Source of the DNA: Octopus vulgaris
Taxonomy: Eukaryota
Assembly (NCBI GenBank): GCA_951406725.2
Contig: OX597821.1
Coordinates: 91,264,001-91,328,000 of the forward strand
Length of the DNA stretch: 64,000 bases
Reading direction: 5' to 3'
The notes below the pieces were generated by a model, which saw nothing but the letters and a program-made list of their open reading frames with translations, did not search any database and was not told the origin of the DNA. This document shows, one piece after another, positions 1 to 12,249 of the stretch. Numbering within the stretch: position 1 is the stretch's first letter; each line of letters begins with the position of its first letter. Both the position numbers and the translations under genes were made by a program.

Positions 1-227
1 TTGAAACCATAAGAGTAAACAAGAGAGACAGAGACAGACAAAAACAAGGAAAATGCCCTTGGCGTTTGAATAATATGCAAATATTCTTTTAAAAATACTT
101 TTCTTTTAATTTTTCCAAAAGTTAATTGTTTTTCATATTTGCAGTTGAAAAAGTCTCAATGACTGAACCCGGTACTGAAATGTTTTTTATAAAATCATTT
201 TAGCATTTTCTACCTTCACTTTTTACC

Positions 228-228
228 A

Positions 229-260
<32 letters not shown>

Positions 261-324
261 GATAGATATAGATATAGATATAGATATATATATGTAAGCA
301 TATAATATGTATATATGATAGGAT

Positions 325-398
<74 letters not shown>
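228..398. repeat. Compound microsatellite (TC)n(TA)n(CA)n(TA)n
   Basis: Dinucleotide runs are directly visible. They explain the spurious YIYI/CVCV ORFs. Confidence 0.95.
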
Positions 399-405
<7 letters not shown>

Positions 406-492
406 TATTAGAGACAAAACCACTATTTTGCAAAACAAACAAGGAAAGACTTAATCAATACATAAAATTTTAATAAATAGTCAAAAAAACCG

Positions 493-535
493 CCACTACA
501 ATTATTTCTTGTCTTGATCGACAATCTTCAGGTGG
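493..535 (-). ncRNA. Mirror copy of the hammerhead motif in the left palindrome arm
   Basis: Exact reverse complement of 596-638. Confidence 0.75.
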
Positions 536-595
536 ACTTCCAATAAGTCAGTTTCAAATTATGACTTCATAATTTGAAACTGACTTATTGGAAGT

Positions 596-638
596 CCACC
601 TGAAGATTGTCGATCAAGACAAGAAATAATTGTAGTGG
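596..638 (+). ncRNA. Minimal type-I hammerhead ribozyme motif
   Basis: CCAC-CUGAAGA-UUGUC(gaucaa)GACAA-GAAA-uaauug-UA-GUGG. Stem I is CCAC/GUGG, the core is intact, stem II has 5 bp, stem III is short and self-complementary, and the GUA triplet predicts cleavage after 634. Confidence 0.8.
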
Positions 639-815
639 CGGTTTTTTTGACTATTTATTAAAATTTTATGTATTGATTAAGTCTTTCCTTGTTTGTGTTG
701 CAAAATAGTGGTTTTGTCTCTAATAATATTTTATAATATTTTACTATAAAATTGGATTTAATCCTAAATCTGATTTTTTTTCCCTGTAAATTTGGATTTA
801 TTCCCTAATATTTAT

Positions 816-878
<63 letters not shown>

Positions 879-1037
879 CTGTATTTTAATGTGCATAAAG
901 AACCCCTAATTTTGGGGGCTTCAAATTTGGAAAAAGGTTTTGTAAGGGATTATAATACTATCCAAGTATAAGAAGCTCCCATATTTTTTAACCTTATTTT
1001 TGACAAAAAAGCGTTCCTTATACATGTTAAAATATGG
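879..1037. mobile_element. MITE (Tc1/mariner-pogo-like termini)
   Basis: About 20-bp TIRs ctgtattttaatgtgcataa / ttatacatgttaaaatatgg, differing by transitions consistent with CpG decay. TA on the right flank. Confidence 0.65.
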
Positions 1038-1065
1038 TATATATACATATGTGTGTATGTGTGTG

Positions 1066-1109
<44 letters not shown>

Positions 1110-1124
1110 AATCAGATGAGATCA

Positions 1125-1326
1125 GTGGAATTGTCAGCATAAATTCTTAGTAGTGTCTTATCTGGATCTTTTTGTTCTCTGTTCAAATCACACTGAGAGA
1201 ATGTTTGCCCTTCATCCTTTTGGGGCTGGTAAAAAAATGTACCAGTCAAGTAATTGAGTTTACGCAATCACCTTGTCATCCCTTCTCAAAATTTGCTGGC
1301 TGTGAACCCTGCAATGGACTGGTATC
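1125..1326 (+). mobile_element. Old SINE, 5' part, split by the hAT-like insertion (continues at about 8507-8570)
   Basis: Degenerate B box gttcaaatc and cccttcatccttttgggg. gcaatggactggtat joins ctattcaatagg after 8514, resembling gcgatggactagcgtcccatccag at about 23497. Confidence 0.5.
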
Positions 1327-2439
1327 CAAGGGCCCGGGAACAGGGTGTGCAGCAGGTGCACCTGCACCCCTTAGAATTTTCAGGTGGTGCAAGATCAAAA
1401 TTTGCACCCCTACATAATTTTACCAGTTTCAGAAAATAGTGTCTAAAAAATTATCTGTATAAGATGCTTGAAGTTAGATTTCGTTGCGAAGCAAAAGCAA
1501 AGAACAAAAATAAATAAATAAAAGTGATGAAGCTGGGCTTAAAATTCCCAAGGGAATTTATGACTAACCAACTTCTGAAGCAAAGTAGCTTCAAAATAAA
1601 AAGTATGTAACAACAACAACAGTAGCAGCAAACAACAAGAACAACAATATGACCAGCATCTACGGCTACTCTTCAATACATAGCATTACTTGGATTCTTG
1701 AAGACAGCTCTATTCTGACAAAAATAACTCCAAAATCTTGCAATGCTGAAAATGTGTGAAGGTTCTTATCCTCTCTCAGTCTGTCACCTCTCTCAAGTTC
1801 TTTGAAGCTGATGTTGCTAAAAACTGACGACATGGTTGAATGGATTCGACTGTTTGACCTCAGCCTAAAAATAAAAGCCCTTTAAAAATTCTTTCAGTCA
1901 TATCGGTTTTCTCGTTTAGGTTGTTAGGTCTGAAGTTTGCCAAGGGAACAAAATGATTTATTTTTATCTTTGATATTTAATGCTCATTGTTAAATGCTTT
2001 GATACTTATTGCTCATTCGAAATACTAGTCCAGTTTAATAAAAAAAAAGATTTTGAAAGGAAACATTTAATTATAAATGATTGCAGACCAACCCCAAAAT
2101 TACATAATTTGCAAAGATATGTATTCGACAATTTCAGACTAATTTATATAAAAAGGAGATGATATTAAAAGCATTACCTACCGTCATCCTGACGCGGTTA
2201 ACCACGAAGATCACTTCAGAGGTGCTTTTTTTTACTCATAAGTCTAATCTTAGCTGAGGCCAGCACACAGGCTAATATGCTTTTAACAGGAGTCTTTAAT
2301 TTTACTTATCTTAGCTGGTCCGAGGATTATATCCAGCCAGGAACTAAGCAACTGATGTGGAGGGATATGAACCCTTTCCTCGATACAACAAAAACTTTCC
2401 CATACAACAAATTATTACCTGTCCAATTAGGGGAAAATA

Positions 2440-3635
2440 GCATACTCGACTTTGTTTTTATTCACAATGTTCCCACAGCTATTTCCAACCAAAGTCTTAT
2501 ACAGCTATCTGTATATGGTACAAAGAAATATCCGACTCGCAGCAGGGATTTCTACCCTGAAGATCTTGCCTAACAAATCTTCTCCTTCTTGAAGAATGGA
2601 TTACAAGGTCCATGGATGAAAAAGCCTTGGTGGGCGTGGTATTTTTGGACTTCTCTTGCGCAAATTTCGAGCATTCAAAATTCATCCATTGTTGACTTTG
2701 TGGATTTCTTCCTTCCTGAGCTATCGAACCTTTTGGGTGCAGATAAATGGAGATCTCTTCGCGGAGACGAGTGCATGCAACGGCGTTCCCCAGGGGTCGG
2801 TACTGGAGCCAATAATGTTCCTTCTCTGTATCAATGACCTGCCAGATTTTCTTGATGGAAGAGTTCTCCTATTTGTAGACGACGTCAAACTTGTCTCACC
2901 TAGGAATCAATACGACATACTCCAATTGTCGCTGAACCGAGCTTGGAATTGGGCGAAAGAATGGAATCTGAACTTGAACGCCTCAAAATGCAGCCATTTG
3001 CCAATAGATTCACCTCCAAACTCTCCCTTGACTATTGGCCACAAACATCAACATCTAAAGATGGTCACTGAAGAAAAGGATCTCAGCTTAATCATTGATA
3101 CTACTTTCAAACTACCACAGCAGGGTATCGAGGCGGCGAACAAAGCCAGAAGGAATATTTTCCTCATCCACCGATCATTTGGCAACTTTTCAATGGACGT
3201 CTTTTGGCCTGTATATATCACTTTAGTTCGACCCATCCTCGAATATTACATCCAAACCTCAAACCCATATCTCCAGAAAGACATTCATCACCTGGAACGG
3301 GTTCAGCACTTGGCCACCCGAATGGGCGCGGGCTTGTCTAATCTTGCGCAAGAGGAACATCTCCGACGGCTGGCATTGCCTTCACTCAAACGACGGAGGA
3401 TGCAGGGAGATCTCATCCAATTTTCAACATCTTCAACGGAATGTAAACCTACAATTTGCGGAGATTTTCACCCCTGCGTCAGATAGAGGTCTTCGTGGGC
3501 ATGATCGCAAACTCCATCCCCGACACTTTCGTTTCAACAGGCAGAAGGCCGCATTCTCTGTCCGTATCGCAGCCCCGTGCATAATCCAAGCGTATTCTTT
3601 GATCCCACAACTCAAGTGCAGAGACACAACTTAAA
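2440..3635 (+). mobile_element. CR1/L2-group LINE fragment, degenerate RT and C-terminus
   Basis: ORF 2656-3486 has GVPQGSVLEP, LLFVDDVKL, LVRPILEY and LERVQ motifs, followed by frameshifted RGHDRKL. Confidence 0.9.
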
Positions 3636-3769
3636 ATCAATATGATGGAAGTTGATATATTTGCGGCTATTAATGATTTAAGCCCAAACTCAGCATCTGT
3701 ACCAAATAGTATTCCAGTTATATTGCTAAAAACGTGCAAAAACACCTCATGGAATCATTAAAGGTACCG

Positions 3770-4640
3770 CCATATGCCCGAGACTATTGAAAGAGGCTAT
3801 AATAAAACCTATATAGGTACAAAGGAGGTAGCAGTGCTGAAGCTAAAAATTACAGACCTGTTTCCTTCATGTCTTACACGTCTAAAATTATCCAATGCCT
3901 TGTCCGAAGACAAAAAGTAATAATATACCTGGAGGAAAACAACTTAGATGACACTCGGTATAGGTTTCGGACTGAACGAAGTTGCCTGTCACAATTCTTA
4001 CAGTATCATAACATTACCTCTAATAATCTCTTAAGGGGAAAGACCATTGACTGTTAAAACCTTGATATTGTTAAGGCGTTTGACAAGACTGATCATCTGT
4101 CATAATTTAAGAAACCTTAGCATCACAGGAAAAGTCGGAGAATGGTTCTTTAACTCCCTATACGGCATGAGTCAACCTATTACTCCAAATGGATTTCTCT
4201 CTAAGTTACCTGTAATACGTCGTATACATCAGGGAATGAATTACACAAAATTATCGATGGCTAGGAGCTAAATCAGAAAAAATACTAAAATTAGTACATC
4301 AAAATTTCAGCTTCTTCATTACAAACGAATTCACCCAAATCGTAATATTTGACACAACGTAACATAATGATTCAGAGCACTATTGACATACAGGATTTAG
4401 GTGTAATCATATCAAATGATGGATTTTCCGTCAGCCATATTATCAAACTAACCTTTAAATGCAGCAAACTCATAGACTGCATCCTACGAACATTCATGAC
4501 AAGGAAACTGGTAGTTAGTTTTATTTTTAGGGAAAACTCTAGGTCTGAGCAGTTTCTATTGATGCTTACAATTTTAATCGTACACATCCTGTCACATAGA
4601 AGAAATTGAAGGATTGTTCACTGGTAAAATACCTTGAGTT
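3770..4640 (+). mobile_element. Highly decayed LINE RT fragment (same type as 12841-14300)
   Basis: YLEENN..YRFRTERSCLSQFLQY, KAFDK, ITGKVGEW and IQDLGVII..LIDCILRTF appear in broken frames. Confidence 0.8.
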
Positions 4641-4694
4641 AAAAGTCTAACTTACCGCAAATGGAAAACCATTGGGGGATATATGTCGTAGTCT

Positions 4695-6255
4695 AACTTC
4701 CTGGAAGTTTCCTTGGACGTCCAGAGGATTTTCTACCAACCTGGAAAATTCGTTGAAGACTTCCCGGAAAGTTCCAAGAAACTTGGTCAGAAATTTCAGG
4801 GGAAGTTCCGAGTTTTCTGACTTCCGGGAAGTTTCGTCGAAAACTCCAAGGGAAATTTCAAGTATTTTTGACTTCCTGAAAGTTTCGTCCAAAATTTCAT
4901 GGGAAGTTCCGAGATTTTCTAACTTTCTGAAAGTTTCGTCGAAAATTCCATGGGAAGTTCCAAGATTTTCTAACCTTCTGAAAGTTTCGTTGAAAGCTTC
5001 ATGGAAAGTTCCAAGGGTTTTCTGACTTCCTGGAAGTTTCATCGAAAACTTCATGGGAAGTTCCGAGGATTTTCTGATTTCCGGGAGGTTTCGTCGAAAA
5101 CTTCATGGGAAGTTCCGGGGATTTTATGACTTCCGGGAAGTTTCGTCGAAAACTTCATTGGAAGTCCCGATGATTTTCTGACTTCCGGGAAGTTTCGTCG
5201 AAAACTTCATGGAAGTTCCGGGGAATTTATGACTTCCGGGAAGTTTCTTCGAAAACTCCATTGGAAGTCCCGAGGATTTTCTGACTTCCGGGAAGTTTCG
5301 TCGAAAACTTCATTGGAAGTCCCGGGGATTTTATGACTTCCGGGAAGTTTCGTCGAAAACTTCATTGGAAGTCCCGGGTACTTTTTGACTTCCGGGAAGT
5401 TTCGTCGAAAACTTTATGGGAAGTTTCAAAAATTTTGTAATTTCTAAAATCTCGTCAAAAATTTCATTGGAAGTCCCGATGAATTTATGACTTCCGGGAA
5501 GTTTCGTCGAAAACTTCATGGGAAGTTCCGGGAATTTTATGACTTCCGGGAAGTTTCGTCGAAAACTTCATGGGAAGTTCCGGGAATTTTATGACTTCCG
5601 GGAAGTTTCGTCGAAAACTTCATGGGAAGTCTCGGGGATTTTCTGACTTCCTGAAAGTTTCGTCGAAAACTTTATGGGAAGTTCCAAAAATTTTGTAATT
5701 TCTGAAAGCCTCGTCAAAAATTTCATGGTAGGTTCCGAAGATTTTCTGGCTTCCGGAACTTTCGTCGAAAACTTCATGGGAAGTTCCGGGGATTTTATGA
5801 CTTCCGGAAAGTTTCGTCGAAATCTTCATGGGAAGTTCCGGGGATTTTATGACTTCCGGGAAGTTTCGTCGAAAACTTCATTGGAAGTCCCGAGGATTTT
5901 CTGACTTCCGGGAAGTTTCGTCGAAACTTCATGGGAAGTCCCGGGGACTTTTTGACTTCCGGGAAGTTTCGTCGAAAACTTTATGGGAAGTTCCAACAAT
6001 TTTGTAATTTCTAAAAGTATCGTCAAAAATTTCATTGGAAGTCCCGATGATTTTCTGACTTCCGGGAAGTTTCGTCGATAACTTCATGGGAAGTTCCGGG
6101 GATTTTATGACTTCCGGGAAGTTTCGTCAAAACTTCATGGGAAGTTGCGGGGATTTTTTTCTGACTTCCTGGATGTTTCGTCGAAAACTTCATGGGAAGG
6201 CCCGGGGATTTTCTGACTTTCGGGAAGTTTCGTTGAAAACTTCCGGGAAATTTCA
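4695..6255. repeat. 52-bp tandem satellite, about 30 copies
   Basis: Unit gacttccgggaagtttcgtcgaaaacttcatgggaagttccggggattttat. Period is 52 (e.g. 5541 and 5593). Confidence 0.95.
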
Positions 6256-7010
6256 GTGTTGAAATATGCAGATGTTATCAAGCTGTACCTTGAAATAAAA
6301 AGAACAGATCCTATCCTGCAATGGATCTGGATACAATGCAGCAATGTACCTCTGACTGGCAACACAAGTGTTTCACCATGCATTTTGTGAGGAAAAATCC
6401 AGCTTTTACATACTGCCTAAGCAACACCATTCTCAATAAATCTTCTGGTTGAATGTTCTGTGTTTTATTGTAAACAACAATCTGCATTGGACAATCCACA
6501 TTTCTAAGATTGTCAACAAGGCTGAGGTGGTGCTAGCATCACTCAGTAAGACCTTTGTCAGCCACTCTCCAGTTATCTATTTAAAATTGTATACAATAAT
6601 GATATGTCCACACTTGGAATTTGCATCAAGCAGTCTGGAGCCCCTCTCTTTCTCAGCATATAAATCTCCTGGAAACTGTTCAGAAATGTGCAACAAAGCG
6701 AAAATCCGCCGTTAGACATCTACCATACTCTGAACGTCTTGCATTCCTGATTTGATTGACACCCACAAGATTATCAACCATATTTCCAACAACAACCTTG
6801 GGTACCTTTTTGAATTCCATATGACAAACACTCACGGACATGCTTATAAAATCAAAAAACAACACAGCACCCATGACTTTCGGAAACGATTTTTCATGCT
6901 CAGAATTGCAGAAGCATGGAATAAACCACCTGCATCTGTTGTTAGCTGTCAAGACACTACATCCTTCAAAACGTCTGTGTCCTGAAATCCCCCAACAGTA
7001 CACCTGATGG
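6253..7010 (+). mobile_element. CR1-like LINE 3' fragment, degenerate
   Basis: VLKYADVIKLY, LHWTIHISKIVNKA, CPHLEFASS and THGHAYKI..RKRFF..RIAEAWNKPP. Confidence 0.85.
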
Positions 7011-7464
7011 CCATTTTTTCTTTTTAGTTGTAGTGCACCTGAGCACTGTATACAGCAATTTCCTTTATCATTATATATGTGTGTTTGTTGACTTTCTGTT
7101 CAGTATTTTAGGTCTGTTAGTCAATGTAATGTCACACACTCACTTCTGTTCCCACTCAGTGGTACTCTACGCAGTGTTCAATATTTGGTGCAAGACTGTG
7201 TCTCTTTTCTATCTATTTATCTGTCCTTCTCTTCTCCCCTCTATCTACCTCTCTAACATTCTGCTTTTCTCTCTTTACTGCCTTCCATTTCTTTCTCTGT
7301 CCATCTCTGTCAACTACCTACTGTGTATCTTTATTCCCTTATTTCTCCGCACTCTCTCTTTCTTCCTAATTGCTTCTCTACTCTCTTTCTTCACTTTTTG
7401 GTACCAAAAGACAATCCAATTTTTTATCACTCGTCGTTTTTCTACTTGACCATGTGCATAGGTA

Positions 7465-7640
7465 AGACATCATCGTTTAATGTCCATTTTCCATGCTGGA
7501 ATAGGTTGAATGGTTCGACAGGGGCCTAGGAAGCCAGGAGGCTGCACCAGTGTTTCTACAGCCGGATGCTTTTCCTAATGCCAAGCACTCTGAGAGTGTA
7601 GGGGGGGCTGTTTTTACGTGCCACTGGCACAGGGGCCCAT
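7465..7640 (-). mobile_element. RTE LINE 3'-UTR fragment
   Basis: catcatcgtttaatgtccattttccatgctgg resembles the tail of the RTE element at about 14310. Confidence 0.6.
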
Positions 7641-7939
7641 TTCCTGCCTAGTACTCATTTTAGATCCCCAGTTTATCTTTTCACTTTCCATTCTTTTCTT
7701 TCCTCTACCCCATCTCTCTATCCTTCTCCTGAGCCTTCTCATTGTACCTTTGGAACACAAGCACCACTATTTTCTTCCTTTTTTTGTTAGTTTTTGTCAT
7801 GTAGTGTCCCACATTTTGAAATACTTGCAATTTGTATCTTTACTGCTTATTTTAGCTGTGCTTGATACATTTCCAAAATTAAACATTTTAATATGCAAAA
7901 TATACTTCACATTACTATATTGTGTTTATTGGCTATCTT

Positions 7940-8382
7940 CAAAATGATCACACCATCAATGAAAAATCTCAATGCCAACTTCCTAAGGCAGTTATGAAAG
8001 GCTATCAAGACCAAACACCCTGAAAAACTGTTTCATTAGGACAATGCTTCAGCACACAAGTCCTTGGTTTCAATGGCTGCTGTGTGTGACTGGCTTTGAA
8101 CTGTTATGTTAGTTATTTGGTTCCTTCTGGTTATCATCTGTTTCTCAACATAGAAAAGCACTCAGCTGAGCACCAGTATCACTATGATGAGAACATCTTA
8201 TCTGTTGTTGATGACCATTTTGATCAACAAAAAAGCTTCTTCACCAGTGCGACCCACACACTGCAACTACAAATGGAAGTGTGTGGACAGAAAGAGGAAC
8301 TATGTTAGAAAATGAACTTCATTTGGTGACATTCCATTGAGAGTGTCCTGCTCAGATTATGAACATTTCAGCCGACCCTCAT
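7940..8382 (+). mobile_element. Decayed mariner transposase 3' part
   Basis: DNASAHKSLVSMAAV (second catalytic Asp region) and LVPSGYHLFLNIEKH (decayed APSDYHLF). Confidence 0.7.
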
Positions 8383-8605
8383 GATGATAAATTTATTATA
8401 CCTGCATTTGTTTTAATGTTAACATTTGGAAAAATCCACATTTTGCATAAAAAAATTAGGACCTGGGTTTGCACCCCCTTAGCAAATTTTGTTGCTGGGC
8501 CACTGCTGGTATTCTATTCAATAGGAACGTTATGATTTCAGTCATTTATATGTCATTAAAATTGGGTATCTGGACTTAGGAATCCTAGGGCTGAAGAAAA
8601 TAATT

Positions 8606-9172
8606 TTAGGTTGTCCGGAAAGTTCATGCCGATTTTTAAAAGAAAGAAAAAGGTCAATAAATACTTGCCATTATATTTTTAATCAACCAAATATGAAACA
8701 TTTTGTTGCACAATGCGTCTCCATCTTTCCTTTAACTTGAAAATACCCTCTTCCCAGAATTGAGGTTATTTCATGGCAAAGAATTCATCAAGGTATCTTT
8801 TTACGTCATCCAAGGAATTGAAAATTTTACCATTAAGACTATTCTGCAGAGACCTGAATAAGTGGAAATCCGAAGGCGCAATATCAGGTGAATATGGAGG
8901 GTGAGGTAACACATCCCAGCCGAGCTGCAGCAATTTTTGTCTGGTTTCCAAAGCATCAAGTGCCGAAAAATGAACATTCTTGTCTTCCATTTTAAAGGGT
9001 TACAGAATTAACACAGGTTATAGGAACATAATTCTTCTTCCACGAAAAGATAGCTAAAACTGTGCTCTAAATGGATGGGTAGTGAAATCCTATTTTATGG
9101 ACTCAACCATGTTCTAAAATAAGTCGAAAGGCAAGCTACTATAAATTGGCACGAACTTTCAGGACAACCCAA
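8606..9172 (-). mobile_element. Internally deleted mariner element (567 bp)
   Basis: 30-bp TIRs ttaggttgtccggaaagttcatgccgattt / aaattggcacgaactttcaggacaacccaa, TA on the right. ORF 8766-8990 has WDVLPHPPYSPDIAPSDFHLFRSL. Confidence 0.92.
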
Positions 9173-9185
9173 TATATATAAAATA

Positions 9186-9961
9186 CTAGCAGCATAGCCC
9201 GGCGTTGCCCGGGTATGTAAGAAACTTTGTCGATAAGCAATGATCTTTACCTTTTTACCCTTTTTTGTACTCATTGAACCGTTATTTTGTAAAATGAAGC
9301 CTAAAAGGCATTAAGGCATTCAAGGCACCGTTCCCTTGCATGCATGAAGAAGTAGGGAAAATCTATGTGAACTTTCAAAAAATATCGCAGAAAAATCAGT
9401 TTGCTATGTGTGCCACATATGATGTAATTAACCGATTTTTTCCAGTAATAACGTATCCTATTGGAATCAAAATGGCCATATAGCTCCTTGGAGCAGACAT
9501 GATGCTCGCTGTGAATTTCAAAAAAACATCCTGCCAATTTGTTAAAGATATTGTCGAAAATATGTCATCTTGAATTTGAACGCGATTTCCCAAAATGGCA
9601 TGATTTTATAGATTTTTTCTGATGGTAAGGTATTGCATGGAAAACTAACGCCAGAATTAAGTTTCTTAGGGTAACATTAAGCTTCACCATGAGTTTGGTG
9701 AAAATCGATTGCAAGTTGCGAAAACTACAACTGAAAATGTGTTGCATATGAAAAGCTTAGATTCTCGACCCCATGTCGAATTTATCGATTTTTTCAGAAC
9801 TGGGGGAACTTTTCAAAATTTTTGCTGCGTTAGTTTTGAATTATGACATTGGGCTATGTGTGTGTCAAGTTTCATTAGAATCGGTTGAAAGCCGTGGTCA
9901 GGGTGAGGGTACAACCTGACAGACACACAGACAGACAAACTGCCTTTTATATATATAGAGA
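9186..9961 (-). mobile_element. Non-autonomous Helitron
   Basis: On the minus strand: 5' TC(tctatatatataaaagg), 3' hairpin cccgggcaacgccggg then CTAG. Inserted between A and T with no TSD. Confidence 0.85.
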
Positions 9962-9967
9962 TATACA

Positions 9968-10122
9968 TGTGCAGGCATGGCTGCATGGTAAGAAGCTTGA
10001 TTCCCAAGTACATGGTTCCAAGTTCAGACCCACTGTGGGACACCTTAGGCAAATACCTGCTACTATAGATTTGGGCTGACCATAGCCTTATGAGCAGATT
10101 TTGTTGAGGGAAACTTAATATA

Positions 10123-10155
<33 letters not shown>

Positions 10156-10168
10156 TGTGTGTGTATGC

Positions 10169-10203
<35 letters not shown>

Positions 10204-10470
10204 TGCATGCATATTTACACAGATATATGCGTGTGTGTTTCTTTGTGTCAGGCCTTGTCCCTGACTCCCACTTGACAACTAGTCTTGCTATGTCTATGTC
10301 CCTGTAAACTAGCATTTCTGCAAAAAAGATTGATTGAATGAGTACAAGGCAGAACAAAATAAAATAAATATCGAGGTCAATTCATTCAGCCAAAAATTCT
10401 TCAAGGCAGTGAGCCGGAATGCCACTGTCTGAGGACTGAAACAAGTAAAAGATATAACATAAAAGATATA
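9968..10470 (+). mobile_element. SINE family A, diverged copy with internal (TG)n
   Basis: gcaggcatggctg..ggttccaagttcagacccactg head and gactgaaacaagtaaaagat tail. Confidence 0.8.
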
Positions 10471-10688
10471 TGTATCTGTTCATTGAGTTACCATTCATTT
10501 GAGGTAGGAAATTGGATTTTATGCCTAGATGTTCCACCTGTCATCAACCCTTAATTCCTTTCATGCAAAGGATAATGCATTCCAAGACTCTTTAAAAAAC
10601 ACTATGACTAGTCCTGATCTCGACAAGGAATGTCAATATAACCATTGTTTCCTTCTATCAGTGATAAGTGGGGAATATCAACATTCAT

Positions 10689-10689
<1 letters not shown>

Positions 10690-10737
<48 letters not shown>

Positions 10738-11073
10738 TACATGTATGCACACACACACACTCAGATATATGTATACATACACACACATGCATTCATGCAC
10801 ACACATACATGCATGCACACACACACATGTGCAATACACATGCATACAAACACACACTCCCTCTCTCTCTCACACGCACACAAACGAAGGTTCCTGCTTG
10901 CCATTTTCATGTACTAAATTCCCTCACAGCACTTCCATCTGTTCAAAACTACAGTCGAAGACACCCAAGGTGCTGCACAGTAAAACAGAAATGAAGACCA
11001 TGCAGTTAAAGACGTAAAAATTTCACACTTATACCAGCTGATATGTGTACATAATATATATATGTGTGTGTGT

Positions 11074-11120
<47 letters not shown>
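10690..11120. repeat. (CA)n/(TG)n microsatellites flanking a partial minus-strand SINE A head (about 10885-11010)
   Basis: Direct inspection. Confidence 0.8.
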
Positions 11121-11123
<3 letters not shown>

Positions 11124-11393
11124 GCATTTCCTCAAATGTGTACGTATCTGTGTGCACATGTCCATGTCAAAGTTAGTAAATACTTATTTTTTTCCCCCCA
11201 TCTTTATCATGATCATTGTAGACAGCAAGACAAAGTAAATCTGACAAGGAATTAGTGGGGCACTTAACATTCACTCACGGCCCCAGAGTAAGAGACGGAA
11301 CTGAAGTCTGCTATCCTCCACTCAATCATTGGATACCCATTTAGGAATTAAACTTGTCAATTGTTGTTCTGGTAGAGTCATGCAATCTTCTAC

Positions 11394-11835
11394 TTACTTC
11401 TCTTTGTCGTTGTCATCATCATCATCATCATCTTCCTCTTCTTTTTCTTTTCTTCTTCCTCCCCTTGCTTTTACTCCTCTTCATCGTCTTCTTCTCTTCT
11501 TCTCCCTCATCTATCTTCTTTCATACTTACTTCTCTTCGTCGTTGTCATCATCATCATCGTCACCATTATTATCATCATCATCGTCACCATTATCATCAT
11601 CATCATCTTCCTCTTCTTTTTCTTTCTTTCTTCCTCCCCTTGCTTTTACTCCTCATCTTCTTTCATACTTACTTCTCTTTGTCGTTGTCATCATCATCAT
11701 CGTCACCATTATCATCATCATCATCGTCACCATTATCATCATCTTCCTCTTCTTTTTCTTTTCTTCTTCCTCCCCTTGCTTTTACTCCTCTTCATCCTCT
11801 TCTTCTCTTCTTCTCCCTCATCTATCTTCTTTCAC
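11394..11835. repeat. Low-complexity tandem triplication (CAT/CTT-rich unit of about 135-165 bp)
   Basis: tacttacttctct..gtcgttgtcatcatc..cttcctccccttgcttttactcctc recurs three times. Confidence 0.85.
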
Positions 11836-12249
11836 CTTTCCTATACACAACAACGTTATCATTCACCATCTGACAGTAAGTATTATATCAGATTTTAAGT
11901 TAACACTTTCATAACCATATTCTTAATTACATAAATTGCCTAAATTTTTATTTACTTAATTTTTAAAATAATCAAGAATATGGATGGATATAGTAAAATA
12001 ATTCACATATTCGGTAATAAGCTGATGTGTGAACAACTGAACTTTAAAAAGTTTTTACTTAAAAGTTATTATATAACAAAGTTTTATTTCACTGAACGAA
12101 AAGTGGTTTGAGGCAGGCTGACATTTAAAAGTTTAATTCATTTTCCTGTCAACTTAAACTTCTAAATCAAAATAATATTACTCTGCCTTTACCTCTGACT
12201 CTTCTTTCCTTCCTGCACATAAAGTTGCATCTTTTCATCATATATAAGC

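Larger units (their letters stand above)
396..735. repeat. Near-perfect palindrome with 169-bp arms (Penelope-like inverted pLTR arrangement)
   Basis: 396-564 is the reverse complement of 567-735, with a 2-nt spacer (CT) and one mismatch seen (gcaaaac vs gcaacac). Confidence 0.95.
1327..8506 (+). mobile_element. hAT-like DNA transposon shell with nested insertions
   Basis: Imperfect TIRs caagggcccgggaac / gttgctgggcccactg. 8-bp TSD ctggtatc (1319-1326) / ctggtatt (8507-8514). Subterminal tgcacccc motifs at both ends. Confidence 0.65.

Noticed and set aside
4695-6255. Regularly spaced palindromic repeats as a CRISPR array, and their ORFs as genes
   Set aside because: There are no unique spacers; it is a continuous 52-bp tandem satellite in a eukaryotic context with no cas genes. 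The ORFs are repeat translations.
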